NCBI RefSeq assembly: GCF_009914755.1
Contig: NC_060932.1
Length of the DNA: 64,000 nt
Source: the human T2T-CHM13v2.0 reference genome, Homo sapiens
Reading direction: 5' to 3' (one strand)
Positions within the stretch are counted from its first letter, which is position 1, and each line of letters starts with the position of its first letter. The notes beneath the pieces were generated by a model. The model saw only the letters and a program-made list of their open reading frames with translations. It made no database searches and was not told where the DNA came from. A program made the position numbers and the translations under genes. Of the stretch, positions 26,901 to 44,520 are shown one piece after another.

Positions 26901-29900
26901 CAAGACAAAAAATGTAAGAAGAGAAGAAGAAGGTAATTATATAATAATAGAGGGATCAATTCAGCAGGAAAATATAATGATTGTAAATATATATGCACCT
27001 AACACTGGAGCACCCAGATATATACAGCAAATATGATTAGAGCTAAAGAGAGAGATAAACCCCAATACAGTAATAGCTGGATACTTCAACACTGAACTTT
27101 CAGCATTGGACAGATCTCCCATACAGAAAATCAACAAAGAAACATCGGACTTACTCCGTATTATAGAACAAATGGATCTATAGCTATTTACAGAATATTT
27201 CATCCAACAACTGCAGAATATACATTTTTCTCCTCAGCACATAGATCATTCCCAAGGATAGACCATATTTTAGGTCACAAAACAAGTCTTAAAACATCAA
27301 ACAAATTGGAATAATACCAAACATCTTCTCTGACCACAATGGAATAACAATACAAATCAATAATGAGAAATTTTGGAAACTATACAAACACATGGAAATT
27401 AAACAGTATGCTCTTGAATGAACAGTGGATCAATGAAGAATTTAAGAAGGAAATTGAAAAATTTCTTGAAACAAATGATCATGGAAACACAACATACTAA
27501 GACCTATGGGATACAACAAAATCAGTACTAAGAGGGACATTTATAGCTATAAGTTCCTACATAAAAAACTTCAAATAAATAATCTAATGATGCACCTCAA
27601 AGAACTAGAAAAGTAAGAGCAAACCAAACCCAAAATTAGTAGAAGAAAAGAGATAATAAAGATCAGAGCAGAAATAAATAAATTTTTAATGAAGAAAACA
27701 ATACAAAAATCAATGAAACAGAAGTTGGCTTTTTTAAAAAAAATAAAATTGACAAACCTTTAGCCAGACTAGGAAGAAAAGATCCAAATAACATCAGAGA
27801 TGAAAAAGGAGGCATTACAACTGATAACACAGAAATTTCAAAGGAACATTAGGGGCTATTACGAGCAAGCATATGTCAATATATTGGAAAATCTAGACAA
27901 TATGGACAAATTCCTAGACACATACAACCTACCAAGCTTGAATCATGAAGAAATCAAAAACTTGAACAGACCAATAAAAGTAATATGATCAGAGTCATAA
28001 TAAAAAGTCTCCCAGTAAAGAAAAGCCTAGTACCTGATGGGGTACTGCTGAATTCTACCAAACATTTAAAGAAGAACTAATACTAACCGTATGCAAACTG
28101 TTACGTAAAATAGAGGAAGAGAAAATACAAACTCATTCTATGAGGCTAGCATTACCCTGATACCAAAATCAGACAAGGTTGCATCACAAAAATAAACTAT
28201 AAGAATATCTCTGTTGAATATTGATGCAAAAATCCTCAAAATATTAGCAAACAAAATTCAGCAATACATTAAAAAGATCATTCATTATAACCAAGTGGGA
28301 TTTATTCCAGGGATGCAAGGATGATTCAACAAAATTGTTCAATATGATATATCAACAGAATGAAGGACAAACACCATATGATTGTTTCAATTGATGCTTA
28401 AAAAGCATTTGATAAAGTTCAACATTACTTCACTATAAAAACCTTCAAAAAAGCAGGGTATAGAAGGACTATACCTCAATTCAATAAAGGTCATATATGA
28501 CAAACCCACAACTAGTGTTTTACTGAATGGGGAAAAACTGAAAGCCTTTACTCTCAGATTTGGAATATGACAAGGATGCCCACTTTCACTACTGTTATTC
28601 AACATAGTACTGGAAGTCCTAGCTAGAGCAGTCAGACAAAAGAAAGAAGTAAAAGGCATCCAAATTGGAAAGGAAGAAGTCAAATTATCTTTGTTTGTAG
28701 ATGATATGATCTTATATTTAAAAAAAACCTAAAGACGCCAACCAAAAAACTATTAGAATTGACAAACAAATTCAGTAAAGTTGCAGGATACCAAACCAGC
28801 ATACAAAAATTAGTAGCATTTCTATATGCCACTAGCACACAATCTGAAAAAAGAAATAAGAAAGTAATCACATTTTTACAATAACTACAAATAAAATAAA
28901 ATACCTAGGAATTAGCCAAACAAATGAAAGATTTCTACAATGGAAACAATAAAACATTGATTTTTAAAATTAATTATGGTACAAAAAGGAAAGATATTCC
29001 ATGTTCACGGATGGGAAATGTCCATAGTACCCAAAACAATCTACAGATTTAATGCAATCCCTATCAAAATACCAATGACATTCTTCATGGAAATAGAAGA
29101 AATATCCTAAAATTTATATGAAACTACAAAGACCCAGAATAGCCAAAGCTATCGTAAGCAAAAAGAACAAAACTGGAGGAATCACATTACCTTATTTTAA
29201 ATTATACTACAGAGCAATGGGAACCAAAACAACATGATACCGGCAACAAAACAAAAACATATACCAAGGAAACAGAAGAGAGAACCCAGAAACAAATCTA
29301 TACATCTATATTGAACTAATTTTCAACAAAGGTGCAAAGAACATACACTGAGGAAAAAACACTCTCTTCAATAAATGGTGCAGGGAAAACTGGATATTCA
29401 TCTGCAGAAGAATGAAATTTGATGCCTATCTCTCCCCTTATATAAAAATCAAACAAAATGAATTAAAGACTTAAATACAAGACCTCCAACTATAAAACTA
29501 ATACAATAAAACTTTGGAAACTATACAGGACATTGTTATAGGCAAAAATTTCTTGAGTAATACCCTACAAGCAGAGGCAACCGATCAATTCCACTGCTGA
29601 GTATATATCCCAAAGAAAGGAAATCAGTATATGGAAGAAATACCTGCCCTCCCATGTTTGTTGCAACACTGTTTACAATAACTAAGATTTGGAAGCAACT
29701 TAAGTGTCCATCAACAGATGAATGGATACATAAATGTGGTACTTACACATAATGGAGTACTATTCAGCCATAAAAGAATGAGATTCTGTTATTTGCAACA
29801 ACATGGATGGAACTGGAGGTCCTTATGTTAAGTGAAATTAGCCAGGCACAGAAACACAAACACTACGTATTGTCACTTTTTTGTGGGATCTGAAAATTCA

Positions 29901-30260
29901 AACAATTGAACTCATGGAGATAGAGAATAGAGAATAGAAGTATGGTTACCAGAGACTGGGACGGATAGTGGGGAAGAGGGAGGTGGGGATGGTTAATGGG
30001 TACAAAACAAAAAATTAGAAAGAATATCTAAAACCTAGTATTTGAAAGCAGGAGGACTACAGTCAATAATAATTTAATTATACATTTAAAAATAACTTAC
30101 AGTGTATAATTGGATTGTTTGTAACACAAAGGATAAATGCTTGAGGGGATGGATGTCCGATTTTCCATGATGTGATTACATATTGCATGTCTGTACCAAA
30201 ATAACTCATGTATCCCATAAATATATACACATACTGTGTACCTACAAAATAAAAAATAAT
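23983..30260 (+). mobile_element. Near-full-length decayed L1MA (about L1MA1-3) with internal deletions
   Basis: 5'UTR with caagatggc. ORF1 remnant ILSQNFPNLEKDVN..TPSQFNPKKTTSRHLIVKL. ORF2 start ATG at 26649 (MSGVSPYLSIITLN), endonuclease NIYAPNTGAP, RT LFVDDM near 28691, L1MA-type 3' end. Apparent deletions near 25357 and 29582. Confidence 0.9.
25851..25994 (+). mobile_element. Alu left monomer only (AluS-type) within L1 ORF1
   Basis: Left arm followed by a (GAAAAA)-type tail. TSD aaagaaaaaactt at 25838-25850 and 25995-26007. Confidence 0.88.
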
Positions 30261-30684
30261 AGTACATATAAAAGTTAAAAAAAAATTAAAATCTAGAGGA
30301 TAATATAAAATCATTCCCTTATATTTACATTAAGTTCTCTTTCAGTTCATACAGGGTTAGCCTCTGTGGGTGGCTGGAAAATTATTCTATCATTCTGTTA
30401 TGGTCAAAGCTAAGAACCCTTCCCTAGTTCCATGATAGAAGGACTATATTGGATTCTTACTTTTTTCAGATTGGAAAACCTACAACAAAAAAACTTGATC
30501 TTTTCAGTATTGATTGCTCCTTCCACTGCTTGTATGTAATTTTATGCTGCCTTCAGCATTTCTGCCTTCACAATTTCTGCTTAGGGATGAGGATAAGTAA
30601 AGCTGAAGTGAATGAAGTGGTCAGTATATCATTCTACATAAACTAACAATTAATGGAGGGCTTTTAAATTTTAGTTGGCTAAAT

Positions 30685-30895
30685 CAGGAGTCAGCAACAT
30701 TTTTCTTTAAAGAGATAACAAATATTTTAGGATTTGCAAGTCATATCTTTTTCACAAGTATTCAACTCTGCTGTTGGAGCACAAAAGCATCCACTGAAAA
30801 TATATGCACAAATGCACATGGTTGTGTACCAGTGAAACTTTACCAAAGAAGTTGCAACTGGATTTGACCTCTGGGCCACAGTTTGAAGGCTTTAC
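30685..30895. mobile_element. MER58A-like hAT MITE
   Basis: caggagtcagcaacatttttc...aaatattttagg..tttgca...tcaactctgc...gggccacagtttg. Confidence 0.75.
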
Positions 30896-31199
30896 CTAGA
30901 CACCAGGAATAGCTTTTATCTTTGTGTTCTTCCTTTATCCGATATCCTTGCCTTTCTTCCAACAGTGATCACTCTTCAAATTTCTATTTCTAATTTTCAT
31001 TTAGTTATAAATGTGTATCACTCATTTGCTTTTTATAAACATAGTTTGTGATAATATATATGGTAAATAATATGTTTAATTTTCCTTGGTTTTGAGCTTT
31101 ATGAAATTGTATTGTACTCTTGTAAGGGTTACTATAAAAACATTATAAATTATGAAAGCATTTTCAAGAGTTGTTGATGATATAAATCAATTAGTAGTA

Positions 31200-31437
31200 C
31201 AGATGGTTCCCAACTTATGATGGTTCTACTTATAATTTTTTGACCTTATGATAGGTTTATTGAGACATAACCCCATTGTAAGTAGAGGAGCATCTGGACT
31301 TACAATAGTTTGACTTATGATTTTTTCACTTTATGATAGGGTTGTTGGCAGTATTAAATGCATTTTTGACTCACAATATTTTCAACTTACCATGGGTTTA
31401 CAGGGACATAATCCCATTGTAAATCAAGGGGCATCTG
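31200..31437. mobile_element. MER47-family Tigger MITE
   Basis: TA-cagatg...catctg-TA terminal inverted repeats and an internal duplicated cccattgtaa unit. Confidence 0.75.
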
Positions 31438-33444
31438 TAATAGCCTACCTATATCTTTGCAATTGGTTTCCATCTATTATTTATTTCAGCTTAGTTTTAA
31501 TCCATTAAGAAAGATGGAATACATTTTTAATAAGTATATTTAGAAGGAATAATAATTACAGTATAATGAGATGATTTTTAAAGGATAGACCAAGCTCATC
31601 TCAAAATAGAATCAATTGTACAGAAAAGTTCATCAATAATTAGGTAGACATGCAAAGTTTTGATTATTTTTATGCTCCCATTTTATCCCAGTCATAAGTT
31701 AGGTCTTCTTTAACCATTTCATTTCTGTGTAATGATTAGTATGATGAAGCATCAATTTAAAGAGTGATATATTCCTACAATAACTTGAAAGAATTAAGAT
31801 CAATTCCAGAGCTGATAAGCTTACTGAAATTCAATTTACTCATAAGATACTCCTATGTCAAATCAGTTTAAAAAAGGTAGAATCTAAAGGATGGAATATC
31901 GGCTCACTATTTTTTGTCTCTAGACATTATTCAGCTTTTCCTCCTTTACTCCTCGTCTCCAACTCCCAAGCTGAGAGTGCCTTAGTTTAGTACCTAATCA
32001 AGCTCATGGGTAGCAGCTGAGGCCATGGAAGTTGTTTTTTGGAGGGAAATTGAAAATTCAGGAACAATGTAAAACTGAAAACAAGACCATAAAACTACTC
32101 AATGCATTTATTGTCAAGTATAAAACATAATTTCTACTTACTTATAACTAACTGCAAAAGGCAATACTACCAAGGACCAAATGTTAGGCGTCACAAAAGT
32201 GAAAACTTATAAATCAAATGTAATTGGTATAAAAAGCACAGAACCACAGTGGAGTGCTAACACTCCCTGAATGACAACTTTAAATAACTTCTCTAAATTG
32301 GCTTGTTGCCATAGGGTTAATAACAGGTCCATAACTATGGATGGGTAATTTTACAGCCTTTCCACATTCTGTCTGTAGCATTTAATGTGATTTCTGTTTT
32401 AGGGCTCTGATCTCCTGGCTGTGAATAAGTAATGTGAATGCATAAATAGATTTTAACAAAAGTATAAAATAGCATGTGGCAAATTGGAAGATTCATCGGG
32501 GAAGGGTTGGAGGGTCACGCAGATTGTTAATGGTTCTAAAAACAATTTTAAGTCAGCTAATTCATTTTTTGACTTGTTTTCCAAAAGAGCTCAGTGTCTA
32601 ATCATTTCTCAAAGTTCTCTCTTTTTTTTCCCTAAAATATTAGACTTAAAAGAAGATAGATAATTTACCTCACTGCATTTAACTCTGAAACACCTTCAGG
32701 CTAACTCTGAAGACAAAGACATTTTGACAGTGTTCTTTAGGAAAAATTTACTTTTTCCTTTCTTTTCTTCTTCCTTTTTACCAGTAACAGTCAAGTATGT
32801 CTGTTATGTGACTTTAGGACATGTGAAAAGCACTCTTTGGCAATAAAAATTCCTTCTTCATCGACTCACTGATCCTTGACATCCTTTACTCAGAAATTTC
32901 TTGCTTTAGTTTTAGACTTCTAGTGCCCCGGAATGGAAACATTAAACCATCATTTATACCAATGAGTAATCAGTTTACCTTATTATGTGAGTTGGTTTCT
33001 ATAGCAACAGTCATGGTTAATATATATTGAGTTCTTTTACATGTTCTAGATACTTTATGTCTTATTTCATTTCATCCTCACTTTAATATTATTAATATGC
33101 TAATTATTTTATTCCCATTTATATAGGTAAAAAAACTGAGGCTCAGAGTGGTAAGCAGTGTTGTCTAATGTCACAGAACTAATAAGGGGCAAAGCTGAAG
33201 CTCCAATTCAGATCTCTAATTCCAGTGTTTGTGTTCTTCAATACTACACTATGATGTTAGGAAAGGAGAGAAAAAGCATTAGGCAGTGATGAAGGTATAA
33301 AATGCGGTGAAGGTCAGGAAGGGACAGATGAGGACACTGGAAGAAGGTCCTGGCTGCGTGTTGTTTGCGTTTTTTTTTTTCCTTATTTTTGTTAAGGCTG
33401 AACCAGGAGTAGGCATAGAATGATTCCTCAGTTATTATAGGTAG

Positions 33445-33573
<129 letters not shown>

Positions 33574-34638
33574 TAAACTGTAAATTATAACTTATTCATG
33601 GGACATGCAGTCAATTTAGTGGATTATGAGCAGCATTTCAGAGGAACTGACACAACACTAGGAGATTTTATTAAAATATGTCTTAACCCATATTGTGGGA
33701 GTTAAACAATATTAAGAACCAATGATCAGAAAATGAGAATTTCCCAAGGTATTTACTCACAGGTACGCAATAACACATGCACAATAGTGAATATTGGGGT
33801 GGTCTTCTCAACATCCACCCTGCTCCTGTCCCATTATGAAGTGTGCAGTTTGGGGGATTTATCATAGCTCCAGGGGAAGAAAATGATTAAGCAGTTTTTA
33901 TAATTCTCCCCCAAATTTCCATGATTATTATTTTAAGCTTCCAGGTCTCAGTCAAGCAGCCTGTAAGATTCTCGAGGGAAGATTTATGTGGCCAGCATGT
34001 AAATAAAATTAAATAAAAAAGAATAGAAAATAGTTGAGTGCATCATAGAGATCTGTAGCGAGAACAGATCTGTAGCACATCAGAACTAATGCTGTGGCCA
34101 CTTGTAATCTGTGTGTGATACAATTAGTGGAAGAGATGTTAGAAATGTAATATCTTGGCTGGAAAGAGATTTAATCTTTTGCTCTCAGATAGCTTTCTGA
34201 ATTTGAGGCATATAATAACAGTATTAATTAATGCAAAAAAGGCCCTGATTCTGTGTCAGGGACTGTTCTAAGAACTTTATGTACATTAATTATTTAATAA
34301 TCACTGCAAGTCTATGATTTAAGGACCCTTCTTAGTCCCATTTTACAGATGAAGAAATGGGCAGAGTGCAGTCATGTGTCCAGAGTCCACAGCAAGCATG
34401 AAGAGGAGCAAGGTTCAGCACCAGGCTGTTTGCCTCTATAATCTGTGCTCATGAACACAGTGCTATATTGACCATTTTACATTTGGGCCAATACTGTATG
34501 ATTTAATTTTATATTAACACAATTGGCATTTCATTGTGAAGCAAGGTGCAAAGAAACTGACTCACAACTGGCAAAGTGTTGAGGCTTTCAACTTGGTTTA
34601 AGTGTGTATGGGCATTTTTTAAAAAAGAACCTTGCCGG

Positions 34639-35238
<600 letters not shown>

Positions 35239-36639
35239 AGTGAGCTTATGAAATATGACTTTTTTAGAATTTAAGACAAACGTAACATTTCAGTTGAAGT
35301 AGCACAATTGCCTTTAAATAAATAATTTTATTAATAAAAGAATGGGAAGGATGAAGTGAAAAATATAGAGGCAAACCTGATGAATATGTATGATACTGTT
35401 CCTGAGAGGAATAAAACCCAACCTGTCCTTTCCCTCTTTGAAGAGAGAGTACCTTCAGTCCATGCTGGAGATGTTTGTTCTCTTCCTGATTGCAAACCCC
35501 ATCACCAGTTAATCTCTCCTTTCTCCTATTTAGCCATCCTGGTGGTCTTTTGAATGACATCATGAATTTTGATTAAGTTTAAACAATTTTCTTATTATAT
35601 AGAGTGTATTGCTTTAATACTATTCAAAATGACCTGTTTGTGTAAATTAGGATTTTCAAGCAAGACCTGATTGAAAACAAAAGAAATAGGCTCAGACATG
35701 ATGAATCAGATCAGTATGTATCTATGTTTATGTGCATTCCACCTTGGAACAAACTAATGAACAAGAAAGTGTACTCATGCTATTGAGTAAAATCACTCCA
35801 AACTTTTGTTTATACTGGCAATTATTAGCTGCATTATATTTAAATATTAATAAAGTAAATATTAATAAACTTGGTTTAGATGTTATCTTTATTATGTTCT
35901 TTATCACAGATAATTGGGACAAGTTTTTTGTTGTTAACTTTTGTTTCATATGCAGGCTTCTGTGCATATTTTAAAGTAAACTGTGTTTCTTTTACTGAGG
36001 TTGACAAATCAGCAAAAGGCAACAACATCATTGTAAAAAAAATCTGTGGTTAGAGAAAGAATAAGGGAAGAAAATGGAGGCATAAAAACACATAGTGTGG
36101 CTAAATTAAGATTTGTGCAGGGATGGATGCAGTGGTGGAACAATGAAGAATGGGAAATGGCCTTGGGAGCAGCTCATGACTGAGGTTGGGTGGTATAGCA
36201 GGAAGATGCCCACAATGAGAGCCTTCTAGTTCTGCAGTGCAGCTCAGCTTCCTGTCCGTAACACAGGTCAGGTCTGCTGTGGAGATGGCCATGCTCCCTC
36301 TGCTAGAATTGGCAGTGGGTATATAATGGTTTCTGTGGGAGTAGGAGAGTCTTATCATTCTGCCTACTCTATTTTTAAAATTTTTAGATTTAGTCTGGTA
36401 AAATAAAGGGAAGCATATGTTATTACTTTCAAGGTGCTCTGTCTCACAGGGTATGAGAATGTTAAGAAGATCCAGAAAATCACTATAGCAGTTTTTGGTT
36501 TTGCAACAATACTTGCTTATTTCCCTACTGTACATGGAAGATTATGGGCTCTGAAGTCAAGGCTCCACCTCTAGCCATGTGATCGCTAACTCATTAAATG
36601 ATAAATTGGCAAGGGAAAACATTAAGATAATGTTAAAAA

Positions 36640-37092
36640 AAAAAAAAAAAAAGCAAAAGAAAGACCTGAAGTACAGGGTCTCAGATAACATAGGACTGGG
36701 ATTTATGTTCTCGTGTAACAGTCAAGATGATGGTTGTGGTCTATGTAAGGAGGCAGCTCTGCTTCTGGAGGCCCTCAAGAACCAATCTCTTTCTATCTCA
36801 TTGCTCCATCATCTCCTAGTGTAGTGTCCTCACTCAAAGATTGAATCTGGCACCACCACCACCACATTCACCTTGCAGCCTAGGGTACAGGAGTAAGTAG
36901 GGGGGAAATAGGCTTCAATGACATGATCCAGAAGTTGCAGAGTTTAATTTTACTTACAAGCCAGTGGCCAGGGCTTACTGAAATGGAAATAGAGTCTCTA
37001 GCCTGAGTGCCATGTGCACTGCTAAACCTTGACAGTTTATATTAAAACTAAAGAGGATGAAGAAACATTTGGGGAAGCTCAGTCTCTACCAC
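36640..37092 (-). mobile_element. Old MaLR LTR (MLT1J-like)
   Basis: Degenerate motifs ctttctatctcattgctccatcatctc, ccagaagttgca and agtctctaccac. Confidence 0.5.
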
Positions 37093-37582
37093 TAGTAAGA
37101 AAACATATCAGTTTCAGTTTAACCTAAAATCCTAAGAAGGTAACTCTGAGGAATATATGAGAAGACACATACAGGCATATCTTATTTTATTGTTTTTTGC
37201 TTTATTCTGCATCTCTATCTTTGCATGTTTTACAAATTGAAAGTTTGTGGCAACTCTGCATTGCGCAAGTCTATCAGCATCACATTTTCCACAGCATGTG
37301 CTCATTTTGTGACTGTGTGCCATATTTTGGTAATTCTCATAGTATTTAAAAACTTTTTCATTGTTAGTGTATCTCTTACGGTTATCTGTGATCAGTGATC
37401 TTTGCTGTTACTATTTTAATAGTTTTAGGGCACCATGAACCATGCACAGATAAGATAACAAACTTAATAAATGTGTGTTTTGACTACTCCAGCAATTGGC
37501 CATTACCAGTCTCCCCTTTCTTGGGCCTCCCTATTCCCTGAGACACAACAATATTAAAATGAGATCAATTAATAATGCTGCA

Positions 37583-39547
<1,965 letters not shown>

Positions 39548-40231
39548 CCACCCTAACTTCAAGCAAGCCCTGATCAATCAGTAGCCATCAACATGGAGGC
39601 AGGACCTTCCACCAGCAAGAAGATTTTAATTTGCTGAAGGCTCAGATGATTGCTATCATTTTTATTAGCAATAAATTATTTTTAAATTAAGGTACATAAA
39701 TAGTTTTTTTGATATAATGTTATTTCCTTTTTAATGAAGTACAGTATAGTGTAAACTTAACTTTAGTATGCACTGGGAAACCAAAAAATCTGTGTGATCC
39801 ACTTTATTGCAATATTTGCTTTATTGTGGTGGTTAGAAACTGAACCCACAATATCTCTGAGGTATGCCTGTACTAGAAAAGTGCTTTTTAAACTGTAAAA
39901 CACTAGTCAGTTACATTATTTTTATACTTCTAATATTAAGTTACCATGTATGAGACCTAACTCTATGATGTAGATGTACTAAGATATATGTACTAAGACT
40001 ATATAGGTAAATTTAACTTATATTTAAATATTTCTGTTGCAAGTTCAAAGTTCTTTGGAAAGTATCTTTAGCCTTAAGATCCTATTATCCTGAAAAACAA
40101 ATGAATAAATTAGCCTTGCCTATAAATGGAAAATCAGCCCATTAAGTTTGCATTTGCCTATCCATATTGCCTTTGCAGGTAGACTAACTGAATGTTTGGA
40201 AACCTTCACAAAGTGTGTGAATTTGTCTATT

Positions 40232-41689
40232 ATTTATTTATTTCCTTGGTGATGTAGGAAAATAAAATATCTGAATATGCAGTTTCTACATATTGTCTTT
40301 CAAACCATGTTTCATTATATTTATTTCTATAAGAATATGCATTATTGAACACATCCTAATAAAATACTGTAGCAGCCTAGTAACTGAAATTGAAGGTCAG
40401 GTTCATGGTGATGGGAAAAATATCCATGGTAATAATTAACAACTACTGAGGACTTTTTATTTGCCAGACATTGTGCTAAGCATGATCTATGCATTATCTT
40501 ATTGAAATAGATGTTATTATCCTCATTGTATCAATGAGAAAATTTAAGTTTAGGGAGGATAAATGTAACTTAGACACTTTAGGAAATGCTTTGTTAGCAA
40601 GGTCAGGATTTGAACTCACGTTCTCTACTACCTTGAATTATAAATAAGATGTGCTAAGATTTTTTTCAGTCACATGATCATTGAATCCCATTCAGAATCA
40701 ATAGTCAAGTAATAGCTTACGTAGTTCTCAAGACAGACCCTTTTGGATAAAGCTCATGTTGTAGCAACCACAACCAAAGATGAAGTAGAATTCTTTATGA
40801 GACCAGTAGATAGTTTTCTGGAACAAAGGTAAAAATGCAACAAAAGAATGATTCACTGGGTCTTTTCTCTGCTTCAAGGGGTGGGAGTGTGGGTGGGTGA
40901 GTAGGGAGAATAGAGCCAAGAAGCAAGTATATGCTGGTACAAAATTTCATATAAATTAGGGGTAATACAATTTTTGTTAAGAGAAACTTTTTGCTACATA
41001 TCTTTAATAACTGCTTTTTTTCCCCAAATTTTAAGTGTTTTTAAGCTTTGTAGTTTAGTAAAAGGAGTGATCTTTTTTTAATTGGTGGCTCTGGCTATGA
41101 AATTTGAAAAACATTAGTAGAATCAATAGATGACATTATGATATATATGCAAGTGGAAGGCTTTTGTCTCATTTGCAATTTGCAGCAGAAATTGATGAAG
41201 AAAATATTGCAGCTGTTTCACGAAAAGGACACAATAGTATTATAAATGATATATATATATGAAGGCTGAATCATTGCAGTAATGAGACTGTAATTCTAGA
41301 AATCAGTTACTCAAAGTACACAATTTGACTTCAGGAAAAAATATGGTAAGTGGTAATAAATCAGATTTTGAAATGTTAGGTTGGTTAGACTAGATCAGGC
41401 ATAGGGAAGTCTGATGTTATGTTATTCCATTGACATCATTGCCTTGGTCAGGAATGTGGGAGGTTAACTGATTTATTTGTTTCTTTGGTGATGTAGAAAA
41501 ATATAATATTTGAATATGCAGTTTCTACATATTTTCTTTTAAAGCATACTTCATCATATGTATTTCTATAAGAATGAACACATCCTAATAAAATCCTATA
41601 GCAGCCTACTAACTAAAATTGAAGGTCAGGTTAATGGTGATGGAAAAAATATCCATGGTAATAATGAACACCTACTGAGGACTTTTTAT
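40232..41689 (+). repeat. Dispersed direct duplication (40232-40460 and 41471-41689)
   Basis: Hand alignment gives about 20 substitutions and one 10-bp indel over 219 bp. Confidence 0.93.
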
Positions 41690-43947
41690 AAAAAAGACCT
41701 CTTTGGTCTTTTTGGCCTTTTTTACAAAAATTGCTGTGAGTATCAGAGATGAACTTGTAGCACCAGTAGTGATAATCTTTTGGTGAACTTGTCTCCTGCT
41801 CTAAACAGTAACTCTGCTGTCAGGAGTCAGAAATGCCATGTTAGATGAGAGTGTGCATAAGATGCCAACATTGACAGTAGAGAAATGGAAACAACAAAAA
41901 TAAATAGTAGTTGGAATACCAAAGGTGCTATGTGATCTTTATGTTTAAGTTTTTCCTTTTCTTTTTCTGGCTACTTTCCTTTTTAAATTTATACAGCATG
42001 CATATGATCTTGACATTTTCAAAAATAGATGATCATAACAAAACTGGGTGGTAATAAAGTATAGTCTTCAAAGAACAGAGGTGTGTGTATCTCTGTGTGT
42101 GTGTGTGCATTTTAATGAGGAGCTAGAGTAATAGCTGGAAATGGCAAGGGAAAATGATGATGCCTAATCTCCTTCTAGCTCCTGAGGTCAGTGGAGCTAT
42201 GAGAAGGAAAAAAAAAATCCTGCTTTACTTCCAGTGCAGTTAAGAAACAGTGTCATTAGGAGATAGGTTTCTCCTTGGCCAAAAAGCTGAAAAAATATTA
42301 AGAAAAATGTTGAAGTTACAGGATATGTATGTATGTATATATATGTATATATAGACAGTTAATATGGTCAGATGGCCTTTGATAAAAATTATACTAATTT
42401 CTTTGCTCATCAGAAAAGTAGAGTGTCTATTTCCCCACATTCTCACTCACCATGGGCATTTTAAATATTTTTTATTATTTTCCAATATGGTAGATGAAAC
42501 ATACTGGCCTGATGTTCTAAATTTCATTAATTTGGTTAGTGAGATTCCATGCCCTTTTAAATGGCTATAGATATTTAAATTCTTAATATGTGAGTCAAGT
42601 ACTTATTTTTGTAATACTAGTTTAAACAAAGTAAAATTATTGAGTTTGTTCACCATCCTTTCTAATTGTTGATTTTAAAGTTATCTGTTGCTTTATTATA
42701 TTTTTATTAAATTATTAACTCCTTAGAAAGGTTAGATATCTCATTAAGTTATATAACCTTATATAATGATATGTAATAGCTTTATATAATAATACATAAT
42801 TGCTTTAGTGAAGTCCTTAATAGTGTGTTAATCAGTTCGAAGACTCAACATTTATGTTAAATTTAAAAAATAAGCAAAGATCTGAGGTTAAACCAGTATA
42901 AAAGTCGTTGGAGATAAACAAATATTTAGTGAATTATGTTGGATATTGTGCTCTTTTAAACTGGATTCCCTGAAAAGGTTTATGGCTTTCATATTTGCTT
43001 TACTATTTTTCAGAAATGTGTCTCACAGAAACACTAAAGAAATCCAGACTTTTGTCTTTACAGTTACAATATGAAATACTTATTTGATTTTATAGCTTTT
43101 CCCACTGAGGTGGTATCAATATTTTGTTTTATTGAGGGCACTTTTATTGTTTAGGGCAAAGTATTCATTTTTGACAAAGCCCTTTATTGAAACTTGAAAC
43201 TTGGTTAAGAACCCAGGTTCCTGCGTCCCCTGCAAACCCACCTACTGTATTTTTCAGTTTAGTGATTTGTGAATAGACTCAGAGAGTCAATTAAAGTTTT
43301 CATCAGGCTGGAATCCATGAAGCAGACCGAAAAAATAAATATTGGTGACTACTTTACCTGGCAGCCAGAGGGAAGGTTCATAATTCTAATCTGTGGTCTT
43401 CACTCTGAAATGGTTTATGTATCTAATGAAATGGAACCTTGTTTTCTACCCATTTGAATTCACTTTAAAATTACTTTATACCTGATATTTCTTTGCAACA
43501 CCCTAAGATTTCTCTTGGTAATTTTTCTTTTTTTTTTCCTTAAAAGTCTTTGTTAGAGTGTGATCTTTTGGTTCTGCCTTGATACAGCATTTTAGTCCAC
43601 TTAATATGCTTTTTTGATGTTAAATAAAAGAGATATAGTATGAAAAATAGAAAAAAGTTCTAAAAAGCTATAATAAATTATTCTTTACTGATACATCAAC
43701 TAGAAGATATAGCATAAATTAGATATTCCACGATTTTAGAAACATGTTTATACTTGTTCACATAGCATTCTCTTTTCCTTTTTTACTTACTTCCCAGGAA
43801 ATGTTTTTAAGAAACACAAGAATTTGAAATCTGTTTAGTTTGTCCCAAATTATTTCTCTTAACATCATGGATTAGGAATAAAAATTTTAAATACTTACAA
43901 ATAAAATATTTCTAAATATATGCCAGTACCCTTTACCATCAACTTTT

Positions 43948-44520
43948 GTCATTCATTCATTCATTCATCAAACACGTTTTGGCATATAGTGTGTGTCAAA
44001 TAATGTAGATATGCAAATAGGTAGACACCTGCATAGAGTATCCAGCATCTAGTTGGGAAGGGGACAGTACGACATAGTGTGATAGGTATTCTGAGGGAGG
44101 TGAGCCTGGAATGCTATGGGAACACCTGGGAAAATCATCCAATTTCTATGAGGGTGAGTGGCTTAGGAAGGGAATCCTGAAGGAGACCATGTGATTTGAA
44201 TCTTGTCATTACAGGGAGGAGTTAATCAGGTAATCAGGTAAATGGGATGGATCTGGGGATAGTGAGTGTTGGTAGGCAAGGAAGAGTCTAGAGCTAAGCT
44301 CCAGAGGTGGAAGAAAAATCAGATTGGTTTTCCGAAAAGAATTTGGCAAGGTAAGAGCACAGGGTTGAGGGGGAAAGTGTGGAAAGATGATTCATAAGAG
44401 AGAAGGAGACCTAAATCATGAAAGGTCTTGATTATTATGCTGAGGAATGTGACACTTAAGGTCGAAGAAATAGGGGAGTGACATGAACAATTTATGTTTT
44501 CTTAAGATCGCTTTATAATG
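43948..44520 (-). mobile_element. L2 3' fragment
   Basis: (ATTC)n L2 tail in reverse orientation followed by purine-rich L2-like sequence. Confidence 0.6.

Noticed and set aside
36101-36535. 144-aa minus-strand ORF in non-Alu DNA
   Set aside because: No recognisable domain, exon context or promoter; compatible with chance.
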